Virus record (IMG/VR): IMGVR_UViG_3300042691_055981
Length of the DNA stretch: 64,000 nt
Reading direction: 5' to 3' (one strand)
Source: an uncultured virus (IMG/VR IMGVR_UViG_3300042691_055981)
Lineage: Duplodnaviria > Heunggongvirae > Uroviricota > Caudoviricetes
In this document: positions 9,589 to 19,106 of the stretch, one piece after another
Numbering within the stretch: the first letter of the stretch is position 1
How the letters are laid out: the number at the start of each line of letters is the position of its first letter
Notes under the pieces: generated by a model
Told to the model about the DNA's origin: nothing
The model's database searches: none
The model's input: the letters and a program-made list of their open reading frames with translations, nothing else
Made by a program: the position numbers and the translations under genes

Positions 9589-9927
9589 ATGTTCAAATGG
9601 TTAAAAAAGAAGTTTGAGAAACCCACTCAAAATGAAGAAAGCGAAATGGGCCAAATCTTTCAAGTAGCTTTGGATACCGAAGAAGGAAAGCGGGCTCTCG
9701 CTGAAGCCATGCACGAACCAATTAAAAACGCATTAACTAATAAGCCAATTGGATTGAGTAGTTTTCCCGAAGAAGCCATACCTGAAGTAGTAGCCCGGTA
9801 TGAAAAAGGCATTACTGCCAACCCAATCACCATAACAATTGATGGAAAAACATACAGTAGTTCAAATGAAGAGGAAATTGCTGAAATTTTGAAATACGTT
9901 GGAGAGCAACTTAGAGCAAGCAAATGA
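9589..9927 (+). CDS. Small protein resembling the N-terminus of a large-phage major capsid protein
   Basis: ALDTEEGKRALAEAMHEPIKNAL...VARYEK; resemblance recalled from memory only. Confidence 0.4.
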   Translation: MFKWLKKKFEKPTQNEESEMGQIFQVALDTEEGKRALAEAMHEPIKNALTNKPIGLSSFPEEAIPEVVARYEKGITANPITITIDGKTYSSSNEEEIAEILKYVGEQLRASK

Positions 9928-10469
9928 TGGAATTGTTTGGCGGGCTAAAACTGATAAAGCTTAAAACTTTCCAAGATGAAAGAGGGCAATTTTCTGAAAC
10001 TTTTGTTTTGAAAGATGATCTGTACCCTGTTAAATTTGTTCAAGATAATTGCTCGGTTTCAAAATTAGGAACAATCAGGGGCATGCATTATCAAATGAAA
10101 GTTCCTCAAACTAAATTAGTTTATTGCTTAGCTGGCCGAGTTTTAGATGTTGCAGTGGATTTAAGAGAAGACTCTCCGGATTTCGGCAAATGGTATAGCG
10201 TGGAATTATCGAGCGAAAATAATCTGGCTTTATATATACCTGGCGGGTTTGCACACGGGTTCCAGGCACTGGAAGATAATTCAGTGGTGTATTACAAATG
10301 TTCCAGCTATTATATGCCCGAAAATGATCGCTCGTTGCTTTATAACAGTGTAGATATAGATTGGAGAGATCTGCCTCAGATTGTGTCTGATAAGGATAAA
10401 GCGGGCAAACCATTTGATACTTGCGACAAGTACACATACAAGGATTTTAGCTTTTTGAAAGCTAATTAA
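9924..10469 (+). CDS. rmlC: dTDP-4-dehydrorhamnose 3,5-epimerase
   Basis: DERGQFSE, VQDNCS.S..GTIRGMHYQ, DVAVDLREDSP.FG.W, IPGGFAHGF. Confidence 0.95.
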   Translation: MMELFGGLKLIKLKTFQDERGQFSETFVLKDDLYPVKFVQDNCSVSKLGTIRGMHYQMKVPQTKLVYCLAGRVLDVAVDLREDSPDFGKWYSVELSSENNLALYIPGGFAHGFQALEDNSVVYYKCSSYYMPENDRSLLYNSVDIDWRDLPQIVSDKDKAGKPFDTCDKYTYKDFSFLKAN

Positions 10470-10474
10470 AGATT

Positions 10475-10915
10475 GTGTGGTACAGATACAGCCAAGAAGA
10501 TCCTAATGTTCAAGAATTAGACCCGAATAAATTCAGGCAGAACATTCCTTCCGGTGGAAGACTGGAAATTGAGTTAATTGGTGGGCAATTCAACATGGGT
10601 CCAAATGATCCGCCTAAGCAGATCCAAATAAAAACTAGCAATGGCACACAAAGAAGCATTTACATTCTCCATGGAACACCAGATGGCATGTTGGCATTTG
10701 GTGATGCGGGGCAATTACAAAGCGGTACCGCAGATGAATTTAAAGATTGGCTAAAATCCAAAGGCATGCCAGATCTTCCGTACATATCTTGTTTTGGATC
10801 TAAGATTGTGGGATCTTCTGGCGGAGCAGATCAGCTCATTAATGCCGCCGGGGCTGTGCAAGTAGGAACCACACAACAAGATGGTGTACAGAAATTAGTG
10901 TTTGAAGATGCTTAA
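10475..10915 (+). CDS. Hypothetical protein; possible caspase-hemoglobinase-fold (HG...SC) peptidase domain
   Basis: YILHGTPDG and YISCF; GTG start MWYRYS; AGG at -34. Confidence 0.45.
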   Translation: MWYRYSQEDPNVQELDPNKFRQNIPSGGRLEIELIGGQFNMGPNDPPKQIQIKTSNGTQRSIYILHGTPDGMLAFGDAGQLQSGTADEFKDWLKSKGMPDLPYISCFGSKIVGSSGGADQLINAAGAVQVGTTQQDGVQKLVFEDA

Positions 10916-10922
10916 GTTTTTT

Positions 10923-12232
10923 GTGAACTACCGCTAGGCTAAAGACCTAGCGGCTTCCTGCTTCATAGATTCCGATTTGCGGCCCGGAAGGGCCGTAGGG
11001 ATCAGATTCTCCACAGGCGTGAATTCGGTATGTTCCGTACCTATAAGATTTTGTCCGAATAATATCATCATGTTAGCTGAGTGAATGTCTCTATCACAGC
11101 TATAACCACAAGCACATTCGTAAATACGCTGACTTAGATTGTGTTTGTTCTTACATCCGCAAATGCAAGATTGTGTAGTTGGAATGAATTGATCTAACAT
11201 AATTGCCCTTGGACAATTTTTTAATTTCATCTTCACTCTGCCTAGCACAGAATGTTGTATCTTCTTACTCCCTCTGGCTAATGATTTTTTATTCTTCCAT
11301 CCTTTGATGTTTTCGTCTTGAAAATAAATATGCTCAAATTGTTTCAATTCTGACACAATCTTATTAGCAATGTCATTTTTAACATTACCAATCTGTTGAT
11401 ATTCTTTTCTGATTTTCTTGATTGTTTTATCTCTGTTGTTAGAACCTTTTTTTCTTCTAGATAATTCTCTCTGAAGAGTTTTAAGTCGTTCAGTTTCTTC
11501 AACATAAACATTGATTTTCTTTCCATTAGATAAAGTTATATTATCTTTAATTCCCATATCCAGACCTATGCTTGTTCCTGTTTCATACTGGTCTTTAACT
11601 TTACTTTTATGTACATATGTCGTGATAGCTACATAATATCCATCAGGTCTGCTAATTAGTTTTGCATTCGCACAATCACAATCTGGATCAAGCTGGTGCA
11701 ATCCTTTAACTCTAACATCACCTGAAACTCCTTGTATTTTCATTTTAGTTTCAGATTTAATTTTGTATGTAGCCCCGAATTGTTTCAGATTAATGGATTT
11801 CACTTCAGATGTGAATTTTAGTGAACCAATCTTCTTTCCTTTTTCTCTTACTCTTGCTAATGCCCTAATATTGTCTTTCACTTCATCTATCACAGATTGG
11901 GTTTGCTGTGCTGAGATGAATTTCTTTTCTCTTGGCTCAAGTACACCATCTTTATTCATCACTTGAATTAAATCACCACATTTGTAATCAAAAATAGGAT
12001 TATCTTGACCAAATGCAATCATTTCATTTCTAATCCATTTAGCTTCAACAAAAAGCATTTTTAGTTGTTCTTTTTGCTTTTGATTAAGTTTATTAGATTG
12101 TATTTTAACTGTGAACACTTTGCAAGATTGGGTTTTTCTTTTTTCCTTAGTTTCAGACATGCTCATGCTAATCAGCATGTTCCTCTCAGAACGTGCTGAT
12201 TGATCCATATTAGATCTTCTGTGATGAGGCAT
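10923..12232 (-). mobile_element. Solo TnpB element (IS200/IS605-type, no tnpA) with right end and omega-RNA region
   Basis: tnpB 3' end overlaps GAAGCC-GCTAGG-TCTTTAG-CCTAGCGG-TAGTTCAC, a typical right-end hairpin plus TTCAC terminus. Left end not identified. Confidence 0.75.
10934..12232 (-). CDS. tnpB: RNA-guided endonuclease TnpB
   Basis: RuvC-I IGLDMGIK, RuvC-II YFQDENI, Zn finger CICG...CACG, RuvC-III DRDIHSA. Confidence 0.9.
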   Translation of the reverse strand: MPHHRRSNMDQSARSERNMLISMSMSETKEKRKTQSCKVFTVKIQSNKLNQKQKEQLKMLFVEAKWIRNEMIAFGQDNPIFDYKCGDLIQVMNKDGVLEPREKKFISAQQTQSVIDEVKDNIRALARVREKGKKIGSLKFTSEVKSINLKQFGATYKIKSETKMKIQGVSGDVRVKGLHQLDPDCDCANAKLISRPDGYYVAITTYVHKSKVKDQYETGTSIGLDMGIKDNITLSNGKKINVYVEETERLKTLQRELSRRKKGSNNRDKTIKKIRKEYQQIGNVKNDIANKIVSELKQFEHIYFQDENIKGWKNKKSLARGSKKIQHSVLGRVKMKLKNCPRAIMLDQFIPTTQSCICGCKNKHNLSQRIYECACGYSCDRDIHSANMMILFGQNLIGTEHTEFTPVENLIPTALPGRKSESMKQEAARSLA

Positions 12233-12351
12233 GATATATTATTATAAGTAACCTATAATATCACCTTCTTTCCAAGTCTTATTCGCCAATTCACATGACG
12301 AAACTAAAGATGTCGCATCTATCTTGGCGAATTAATCTGTATAATTATCTT

Positions 12352-12666
12352 ATGTTGGAAAACACAAAAGAAGAAAAACTAAAAGATATTTTGCTCAATG
12401 TTCTGCGAGTTGACACTATCGTTAATCGCTTCCATAATAAGGTTCAATTCATGAATCTTAACTTCATGATGGGGAGGATTGATACTTGGGAGGAAGATAG
12501 ACTTGAAAAGGTTCTTGAAGCTATTCAGCCCGTATATCAGAAAATGCTGAATATTCAAGATCTTGTCGATGGTATGGGAGCCGAAGTGCAGACACTGATC
12601 GAGGCGTATACTTACGAAGCTGCGACTACTATCCCAGATACTGAATGGAAAGCTGATGAGCTTTGA
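12352..12666 (+). CDS. Hypothetical protein
   Basis: tgTATAAT-N6-ATG places the start at 12352 (MLENTKEEK). Confidence 0.6.
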   Translation: MLENTKEEKLKDILLNVLRVDTIVNRFHNKVQFMNLNFMMGRIDTWEEDRLEKVLEAIQPVYQKMLNIQDLVDGMGAEVQTLIEAYTYEAATTIPDTEWKADEL

Positions 12667-12676
12667 ATAAAACTCT

Positions 12677-12699
12677 GAGAGGGCGAATTTTGCCCTCTC
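12677..12699. terminator. Hairpin between convergent genes
   Basis: GAGAGGGC-N7-GCCCTCTC. Confidence 0.55.
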
Positions 12700-12717
12700 T
12701 ATTAATTTAGGCGTAGA

Positions 12718-13041
12718 TTATCTTCCGTTTCCAAATCCGCCTTGACCATTCATTCCACCAAATCCTCCCTCACCGCCGCCGGGATTGCCAAATCCACCTT
12801 GACCGTTCATTCCACCAAATCCACCTTGGCTTAGATTCATCAATTGCGAGGGGACAGGAGATCCGTTGTAGTTCTGCGTTCCGCTGAGAAGAATAGCAAT
12901 CAAAAGAGGATCTGCCGATCTAATATAAATCTTCCTCACGGTCTTGGGTGGCTGTGCATCATTTAATTGTGCAAAGGATGCAGAAGTTAGAATCAGAGCA
13001 CCGATGAGGGTGGTGAAAGTTTTCAAGATTGTTTTTCTCAT
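12718..13041 (-). CDS. Secreted small protein with Gly-rich GGFGGMNGQ repeat tail
   Basis: Signal peptide ending ASFA-Q; RKIYIRSADPLLIAILL; two GGFGGMNGQGGFG repeats; AAGGA RBS. Confidence 0.65.
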   Translation of the reverse strand: MRKTILKTFTTLIGALILTSASFAQLNDAQPPKTVRKIYIRSADPLLIAILLSGTQNYNGSPVPSQLMNLSQGGFGGMNGQGGFGNPGGGEGGFGGMNGQGGFGNGR

Positions 13042-13078
13042 TTTTTCCTTCAAGCTCAACATCGAGCTTATATATTAA

Positions 13079-13103
13079 GACGTTTCTCGCGGGGAAAAGT
13101 TTT
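13079..13103 (-). promoter_or_regulatory. Candidate ECF-sigma promoter AAAC-N16-CGTC
   Basis: gcAAAAC-ttttccccgcgagaaa-CGTC upstream of the 13041 gene; the leader has an AAGCTC/GAGCTT hairpin. Confidence 0.45.
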
Positions 13104-13150
13104 GCCCTTTAATTTTTCCATCTCTCACAATCTGAAGGTATAATGTATAT

Positions 13151-13768
13151 ATGCAAGTTTTTATGCCGTATGCAGATTACAAAAAAAGCGTTCAAGCACT
13201 TGATAAGAAGAGACTCGTCAAGCAATCGCTTGAGGCTACGCAGTTATTGGACATCATTTTTAACCTCCCAACAAAATCTGGAAAACCCAGAAAGGGTTGG
13301 ATGAACCACCCAGCTTTGATAGCATGGAAAGACACTCCCGGTGCTTTAATTGAATATTTGATTCATAATGCAACAGAAATGAGAGCAAGGGGATGCAAAA
13401 CTGATTATGTAGACAGAAAGCTACAAGAGTACAAAAAGTTTACCACATCTTTACAAAACCCTATTTGGCTCGGAGACGAAGAAATCCACTCGTCACATAG
13501 ATTCAGGCTCTTACAAAAAGGCTTTGAAGAAAAATTCAATGTAATTTCATACAAGTATGGAGATACAGAAAAAGCAGATGAAACCATAATGTGGTATTCG
13601 AGTTTTGGATGGGAAGAGATGAAAGACGATGAGTTTTTTATGAAAGAGTATTTCTGGCCTATTAATCTAACATCATCTTCATATGACAAGGCACAAAAAA
13701 TTCACAAAAATGGCGTTAAACATAAACACTATCTGATTCAGACATTTGGAGCAAATCCATGGGCGTAA
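13151..13768 (+). CDS. Pyrimidine-dimer DNA glycosylase (DenV/MSMEG_6728-like)
   Basis: MQVFMPY, LDKKRLVKQ..E..Q, GWMNHPA...W, P.WLG....H.SHR..LL.K. Confidence 0.8.
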   Translation: MQVFMPYADYKKSVQALDKKRLVKQSLEATQLLDIIFNLPTKSGKPRKGWMNHPALIAWKDTPGALIEYLIHNATEMRARGCKTDYVDRKLQEYKKFTTSLQNPIWLGDEEIHSSHRFRLLQKGFEEKFNVISYKYGDTEKADETIMWYSSFGWEEMKDDEFFMKEYFWPINLTSSSYDKAQKIHKNGVKHKHYLIQTFGANPWA

Positions 13769-14286
13769 TTAGATATTCTGGTATAGGCTCAAGAGAGACT
13801 CCAGACAATGTTTTAGTTGTGATGGAAAAACTCGGGGCGGCATTCGCAAAGAAAGGATTTGTTTTGAGATCAGGCGGTGCAGAAGGGGCTGATTCAGCTT
13901 TTGAAAGGGGTTGCGACGCAGGTGGTGGAAAGAAGGAAATCTATTTACCCTGGAAAGGATTCAATGGAAATAATTCAGATCTTTACAATCTGTGCGACGA
14001 GGCATTCCAGATTGCCTGGGATTTCCATCCAAATCTATACGGAACCACAGGCGGAACACAAAAGCTAATGGCTCGCAATACTTACCAGGTTCTGGGGTTG
14101 GATTGCAAGACAAAAGCAGATTTTATCGCCTGCTACTGCCCTCTTGATAAAAAAGGAAACTGGCGAGGCGGCACATCACAAGCTCTCAGAATTGCAAAAA
14201 GTTACAACATCCCAATCTTCAATCTCCTCAGTAAAGAAGATCTTGATCAGTTAAAAAACTTTGTAAATCAATTAAGCACAATCTGA
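13759..14286 (+). CDS. SLOG/DprA-like Rossmann-fold protein
   Basis: YSGIGSRETP, LRSGGAEGADSAFE, LMARN..QVLG, GGT.QALR.A...IP.FNL. Confidence 0.8.
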   Translation: MGVIRYSGIGSRETPDNVLVVMEKLGAAFAKKGFVLRSGGAEGADSAFERGCDAGGGKKEIYLPWKGFNGNNSDLYNLCDEAFQIAWDFHPNLYGTTGGTQKLMARNTYQVLGLDCKTKADFIACYCPLDKKGNWRGGTSQALRIAKSYNIPIFNLLSKEDLDQLKNFVNQLSTI

Positions 14287-14292
14287 AGCTAA

Positions 14293-14835
14293 TTAAACAT
14301 TAGCTTCAGCAAAAATCTTTTCCATCAGAGAATGGATTTTTTCTTTAAATTCATCTTCGGTTCCATTGTTCTCTATTGTGTGCTCAAACAGATGATGATA
14401 GTTATCTAATTCAATTTCAGAAGAGTGATTGGAAAAAGAATCAACCGACAAATCACGCTTAATATGAATAGTGTGACCACCCTTTGAGTTAATGTAATTA
14501 ATCTCATTAAGGTATCTGGCATCAGTGATGATATAGATCGCATCAGGGTCTGTCATCTTATAGAAAGCTCGGCCTACCCAATAATTTTCACCACAGAATT
14601 CTCTCCTAATGGTTCCCCATCCTTGCAACAAAGGTCTGGCGATTTCTTTAAGATCGTCATCGTCAAACATTTTTCTAGACAAACCACAAGGGGTGAGCAA
14701 GATTGTGTCAAGCTCTTCTTTTAGCTCGTCTGCGAAAGCAACACGAATTACCTTTTTATCTGGGTAAAGCTCTTGGACTAGGCGGCAGAAAGTGTCCTTC
14801 CCCACTCGTTTCTTGTAAGAACAACTAATGATCAT
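14293..14835 (-). CDS. Deoxynucleotide monophosphate kinase-like
   Basis: KKRVGKDT, AFADELK, R.LLQ.WGT..R, IITDARY.NE, HSSE..LD. Confidence 0.8.
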   Translation of the reverse strand: MIISCSYKKRVGKDTFCRLVQELYPDKKVIRVAFADELKEELDTILLTPCGLSRKMFDDDDLKEIARPLLQGWGTIRREFCGENYWVGRAFYKMTDPDAIYIITDARYLNEINYINSKGGHTIHIKRDLSVDSFSNHSSEIELDNYHHLFEHTIENNGTEDEFKEKIHSLMEKIFAEANV

Positions 14836-14887
14836 CTCATAGTATTATACGACAGGTTTTTGGCGGATTTTCTTTTAAAATAAGATT

Positions 14888-17074
14888 GTGTGGAATAGTT
14901 ATAATTTTTTCAAAGAATCAAAAATACAAGAAGATATTATGAATGTGGAAAGAGATTTTTCCAGAAGAAATCCAGATTTTGATCTTTTTTCAAATGAAGA
15001 TACATTGTTCTCTCAAAACACAGAATTAGAGAATGAAATCAAATTAGCGATTCAAAAAGTTTTCATTAAAAATAACATAGATCTTGAATATAATCCTGCT
15101 CTTCACAAGTTTTTGAGATCAAGTCTCAAAAGAGTGACTTCAATAGCAGCATTCTTAAACAATTCAGAAGCTAACGAGGTTAGAACCGTTATTCGTGCAT
15201 TAAGGCAAGAACAAATACAAGCTGTAGCCGACAAACTTCTTGAAGATTACGAAGTTGAATTTGAGCCTTTTGGTGTTACAAAAAGTGAATTCTCTAAGAT
15301 TTTGCAGACCGTATCTGCTAATAGTGATCCCGTTAAGGAAGTAGTTCAAAAAGTTGGAGAAGAAAAAGTAAAAAAGGCACAACACGCCTTTAATGAATCT
15401 TACCTGAGCCGGCTAAGATTCAATGGGCAGAATGGTGCATCTTTAATTCCTCTCTTATTCGGGAAAATAAGCCCAGAGTTAAGAGAGAAAATTCAAGATA
15501 AAGAAGCAATACAATCTATATTGTCCGAATTCAAATTACAACCTGGAGAACTAAAAAAAGAAGTTTTGATGGCATCTGAATTCAGTTCTTTGATGTATCC
15601 GGTCAGTGCCGAATTCTATTGGCCCCCGATGAAAGAAGAGTATTCAGGGATAATAGAGGAAAAAATATTAGAAACTTTCGATATTAACAACCCAAACACA
15701 GTAATTGAAGCAATTATGTCGTCGAAGTACGGAACTGTTGTTTTGAACGACGAGGCTGATAAGATTAAAGTTTTATACAAGAATAAATTTAATTCTGATG
15801 ACGAGACTTTCTTTGATTTTATATCCAAGACATTAATAAAAGATGGCAATCCAGCAGAAACAGTTGATAATTATATTCAAGCTATTCGAGCTGGTCTTCA
15901 AGGTAGTTTTAACAAGAAAGGGCAGGAAAGAGATGAAAGAAAAAGAGACACACTGTTCCCGGAGGCAGAATCTTATTTTGATTCGATTAAAGAAAAAGAA
16001 ATCGTAGATTTGATTAGAAATGAATTTTATTTAGCATGTGTTGCTTCGGCCATGGAATTTCCGATCACAAATGATTTTACCATGAATAAAAAGAATTTTA
16101 TTACAGATTTTGTAATTTATTGTGATGGTCTTGACGGATTTCAAGAAAAAGAAAAAGACGGTATCAGATATACAACACCCGTCATTAAACACAGATTATT
16201 GTTAATTGGAGAATATTACGGATATGATAACGTAAATCAATCAAAGCCTTTAAAAACGGACTTGATCAATCCAGATGGCACTCCATTTTTAAAATCAGAC
16301 GGAACTCCAGCTTTGGCTGGAGATGTTTTACAGATTGGAGAGGAATATAAATACAAAACAAAATATAAGATTCTCACAAACGATTTTTGCGGAAGGGCGA
16401 TTGGTTGCAAAACCATCTCGATTAATAAAGCAACAACTAAAAAAGAACAACGGAGCGAAGTATCTCGTGGATTAGATGAAAACAAGGTGCTATATAATAC
16501 AAGCTTCACGGATGTGGAAATAAAAAGCGATGCCCTTATTGAATTAACTAGATGGTACGAAAATGCATCTGATTTTGAAAAACAAGAATCCAAAGCTTTA
16601 GTTGGAAAATATATCAATCCTGACACATTGAAGAAGAAACCAGGGTCGGAATATCCATTGTCGATGCAGAACCCAAAAAGTAAATATCTAAGTACAATCT
16701 ACGAAGCCATACACCTGATTAAATCTAAAGATTTGTCAATAGCAATACAAAGAGCCAAAGAGAGCTATTCCATTGATACTCTCAAAAATAAAGAGTTAGC
16801 TGCGGAGTATCTAAAGACAATTTCAGGGGAGAGGGCCAAGCTCGCGGGGGCTACGGCGTGGAGAATACAAATGCTGAAGAATTTGTTCAATGAAGTTCAG
16901 GGCATCCCTGTAGAAAACGGTGGGCTGACTACACCAATTAATAACAGAGTGTTTCTTGAATTCATAAAGAACATAGGTAACTTCAATAAAGAAAATCTAG
17001 AATACCCAAATATATATGCAATTAAGCGGGCCTTTAATTACTTAAAAGCTATCAAAAGAGGTATAATCAATTAG
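14888..17074 (+). CDS. Large hypothetical protein with possible PD-(D/E)xK nuclease domain
   Basis: 728 aa; FITDFVIY...LIGEYYG; GTG start MWNSY; AGG at -34. Confidence 0.5.
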   Translation: MWNSYNFFKESKIQEDIMNVERDFSRRNPDFDLFSNEDTLFSQNTELENEIKLAIQKVFIKNNIDLEYNPALHKFLRSSLKRVTSIAAFLNNSEANEVRTVIRALRQEQIQAVADKLLEDYEVEFEPFGVTKSEFSKILQTVSANSDPVKEVVQKVGEEKVKKAQHAFNESYLSRLRFNGQNGASLIPLLFGKISPELREKIQDKEAIQSILSEFKLQPGELKKEVLMASEFSSLMYPVSAEFYWPPMKEEYSGIIEEKILETFDINNPNTVIEAIMSSKYGTVVLNDEADKIKVLYKNKFNSDDETFFDFISKTLIKDGNPAETVDNYIQAIRAGLQGSFNKKGQERDERKRDTLFPEAESYFDSIKEKEIVDLIRNEFYLACVASAMEFPITNDFTMNKKNFITDFVIYCDGLDGFQEKEKDGIRYTTPVIKHRLLLIGEYYGYDNVNQSKPLKTDLINPDGTPFLKSDGTPALAGDVLQIGEEYKYKTKYKILTNDFCGRAIGCKTISINKATTKKEQRSEVSRGLDENKVLYNTSFTDVEIKSDALIELTRWYENASDFEKQESKALVGKYINPDTLKKKPGSEYPLSMQNPKSKYLSTIYEAIHLIKSKDLSIAIQRAKESYSIDTLKNKELAAEYLKTISGERAKLAGATAWRIQMLKNLFNEVQGIPVENGGLTTPINNRVFLEFIKNIGNFNKENLEYPNIYAIKRAFNYLKAIKRGIIN

Positions 17075-17094
17075 TGAGGGGAAAAAAATTATAA

Positions 17095-17619
17095 ATGAAT
17101 AAGGTTAGTTTATTTAAGCATTTAGTCAGATTGGCACAGATTTCAGAAGAGCTAGAAGAAACAAATCCAGCTGCCGCAAATTTAATTGATGAAAATGCTA
17201 ACGAATTAGTTCAGGATTTAATGCCAGAGGGAACTAATGTAGATGTCTCGCCTGACATGTTTCCTAAACAAACCACTCCCGTTATTCCTTACAATCAATA
17301 TGAGACTGGTCAAGCTGAAGAGTTCACTCAAAAGCAATTTGAAAACAATTCTGAAATGCCCTTCGCTGATGCACTCGAAGTGGTAGAAGAAGTAACAGGA
17401 GAAGATCCAGATTGGAGTGAGGGTGTGGTTGAGAAAACAGACGCAACTTTTAATGGTCTTGATGGACGACCTATTCAGTATACTAATGAGCCCGAATCAC
17501 CTGAAAAAATTGGGGAAGAAATTTTCAATGACATTCTTCCAATGATTGAAAAGGGTGCTTCAGATGCTGAAATCAATTCTGAAATTGATAAAATGATAAA
17601 AGAAAAATTAGGCAGTTGA
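17095..17619 (+). CDS. Acidic hypothetical protein
   Basis: LVRLAQISEELE...AANLID N-terminal motif; AGG at -36. Confidence 0.6.
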   Translation: MNKVSLFKHLVRLAQISEELEETNPAAANLIDENANELVQDLMPEGTNVDVSPDMFPKQTTPVIPYNQYETGQAEEFTQKQFENNSEMPFADALEVVEEVTGEDPDWSEGVVEKTDATFNGLDGRPIQYTNEPESPEKIGEEIFNDILPMIEKGASDAEINSEIDKMIKEKLGS

Positions 17620-17621
17620 TC

Positions 17622-17945
17622 TTAAATGAATCTGCTTAAGAATTTTCTATTCTTATTAACGAAATAATAAAACACAATAAAACACGGTCTGAACAGAATA
17701 TGTGAAAACCAAGCGTACTTCGTGTGAGAAATGATTTTAAGCCAAGCTTTTTTTCCCCGGTAAATATCGGGGCCAATTTCAAGAACCACTTGGCTTAAGT
17801 CATAACCTTTTGATTTGGCAATTGAGCTATTTAAATCAACCACGGCAAGCTTGATGTCATTGCCCAGCAGATTGGCAATCTTGTATTTAGTCTTTATGCA
17901 GAGTGGGCAAGCTCCGTCGTAAAACAAAATCCATCTGCTTTTCAT
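17622..17945 (-). CDS. DCC1-like thiol-disulfide oxidoreductase
   Basis: ILFYDGACPLC (DxxCxxC), C-terminal Y..V..NR. Confidence 0.8.
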   Translation of the reverse strand: MKSRWILFYDGACPLCIKTKYKIANLLGNDIKLAVVDLNSSIAKSKGYDLSQVVLEIGPDIYRGKKAWLKIISHTKYAWFSHILFRPCFIVFYYFVNKNRKFLSRFI

Positions 17946-18382
17946 ATGATATTTTTAATTGATTCAAGCTCATCCAAAGGAACGAAGAGGAATGTTTTTT
18001 TATTTGCGACAAGTTCATAAGCCTCATACAAACTTGAAACATTATCTAGCCTGAAGTAAGTTTCATATGTATCAGAGCATCTAGATGCCATGCACTCATG
18101 AAACTCAAAATCATTCATGAAAATGGGGGTTTGCGGGCCAAGATAACCACCGATGATGTTGTAGTTATAATATTCAATTGCATCTGTCTCAGGATCTTCA
18201 CTGCCGGAAAACTCTTGAATCAGGGTGTTTATAACCTTATTTTCATCGTATACCACAACCCAGTTACAATCAGAATCATAAATAAGACCCATTCCGATAA
18301 TATCATCATCAGAAACGGGGGAATCGTAAATAATAGCATCGCCGAAAAGTTCCCAGATGTTGTCTCTCAAAGTTTCGTTCAT
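17942..18382 (-). CDS. Conserved phage hypothetical protein
   Basis: DIIG...VVYD..K...AIEYYNYNIIGGYLG..TP pattern seen in phage proteins. Confidence 0.6.
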   Translation of the reverse strand: MNETLRDNIWELFGDAIIYDSPVSDDDIIGMGLIYDSDCNWVVVYDENKVINTLIQEFSGSEDPETDAIEYYNYNIIGGYLGPQTPIFMNDFEFHECMASRCSDTYETYFRLDNVSSLYEAYELVANKKTFLFVPLDELESIKNII

Positions 18383-18759
18383 AGGTAGATGTCTCCAAAT
18401 TTTTTGTTAATCGTGTCAACTAGATAAGAAAATGTTTTAGGGGCTCTCACAGGTAGCTCCGCAAGTCCCGTTCCAAGCCCATCCTCTGGAAAGACGATGC
18501 AATCATAGCCCGATGGAATATTCTCAATAGCGTTGTTGATAGCATCAACATTCTGATCATATTCGGAATCGCTAAAGAAAGACTTACTCGACATCGAAGG
18601 AGCCTTCTTTGTGGGAATGCCGTAAGCATTTGGTTCATTTCTAATAATCGCTTGTCCGCCGCAACCTATATCCAGAAGATTATTACCAAATATGAAAACA
18701 CAATCTGGGTTTTCGCGGACTACATCAACAGTGTAACGCTTCAATTTCTTGACTTGCAT
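18379..18759 (-). CDS. Conserved phage protein (FG.N...G.GGQA.IR..PNA.GIPTK family)
   Basis: Motif string present, plus FPEDGLGTGLA.L. Confidence 0.7.
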   Translation of the reverse strand: MQVKKLKRYTVDVVRENPDCVFIFGNNLLDIGCGGQAIIRNEPNAYGIPTKKAPSMSSKSFFSDSEYDQNVDAINNAIENIPSGYDCIVFPEDGLGTGLAELPVRAPKTFSYLVDTINKKFGDIYL

Positions 18760-18764
18760 ACCTG

Positions 18765-19106
18765 TTATACGAATTCAGCTGACCAGAGATTTTCAGATTC
18801 AGGAATTTTTTCAGACCACCAAAGAGTTGAAGATCTTTTCTTATTAAAATAATGCTCAGTGCTATGCATCACGGAGCCAGCGAGCATGAAAACTTTTTGC
18901 TGGGGAATACCGACAAAATCTTTCTCTCTTAAAAATTCAACACCATCTTCTTTAAGCATCTCGCCCGAAACTTCTTCGATTGTGTGTGAGTACATCAGCC
19001 GATTTTCATACTTTTCTTTTAAGATTATGTTTTCGGCTTCTTTTGCATCATGAGCGAAACAATAAGTTGCTCCGTATTTTGTTACAAATCTAAATAAGTT
19101 AGTCAT
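18765..19106 (-). CDS. Hypothetical protein
   Basis: ORF coupled to the upstream gene (TAATG). Confidence 0.55.
   Translation of the reverse strand: MTNLFRFVTKYGATYCFAHDAKEAENIILKEKYENRLMYSHTIEEVSGEMLKEDGVEFLREKDFVGIPQQKVFMLAGSVMHSTEHYFNKKRSSTLWWSEKIPESENLWSAEFV

Noticed and set aside
12281..12332. Inverted repeat ATTCGCCAA/TTGGCGAAT as the TnpB element left end
   Set aside because: Only 9 bp arms with a long spacer; cannot be assigned without an empty-site comparison.
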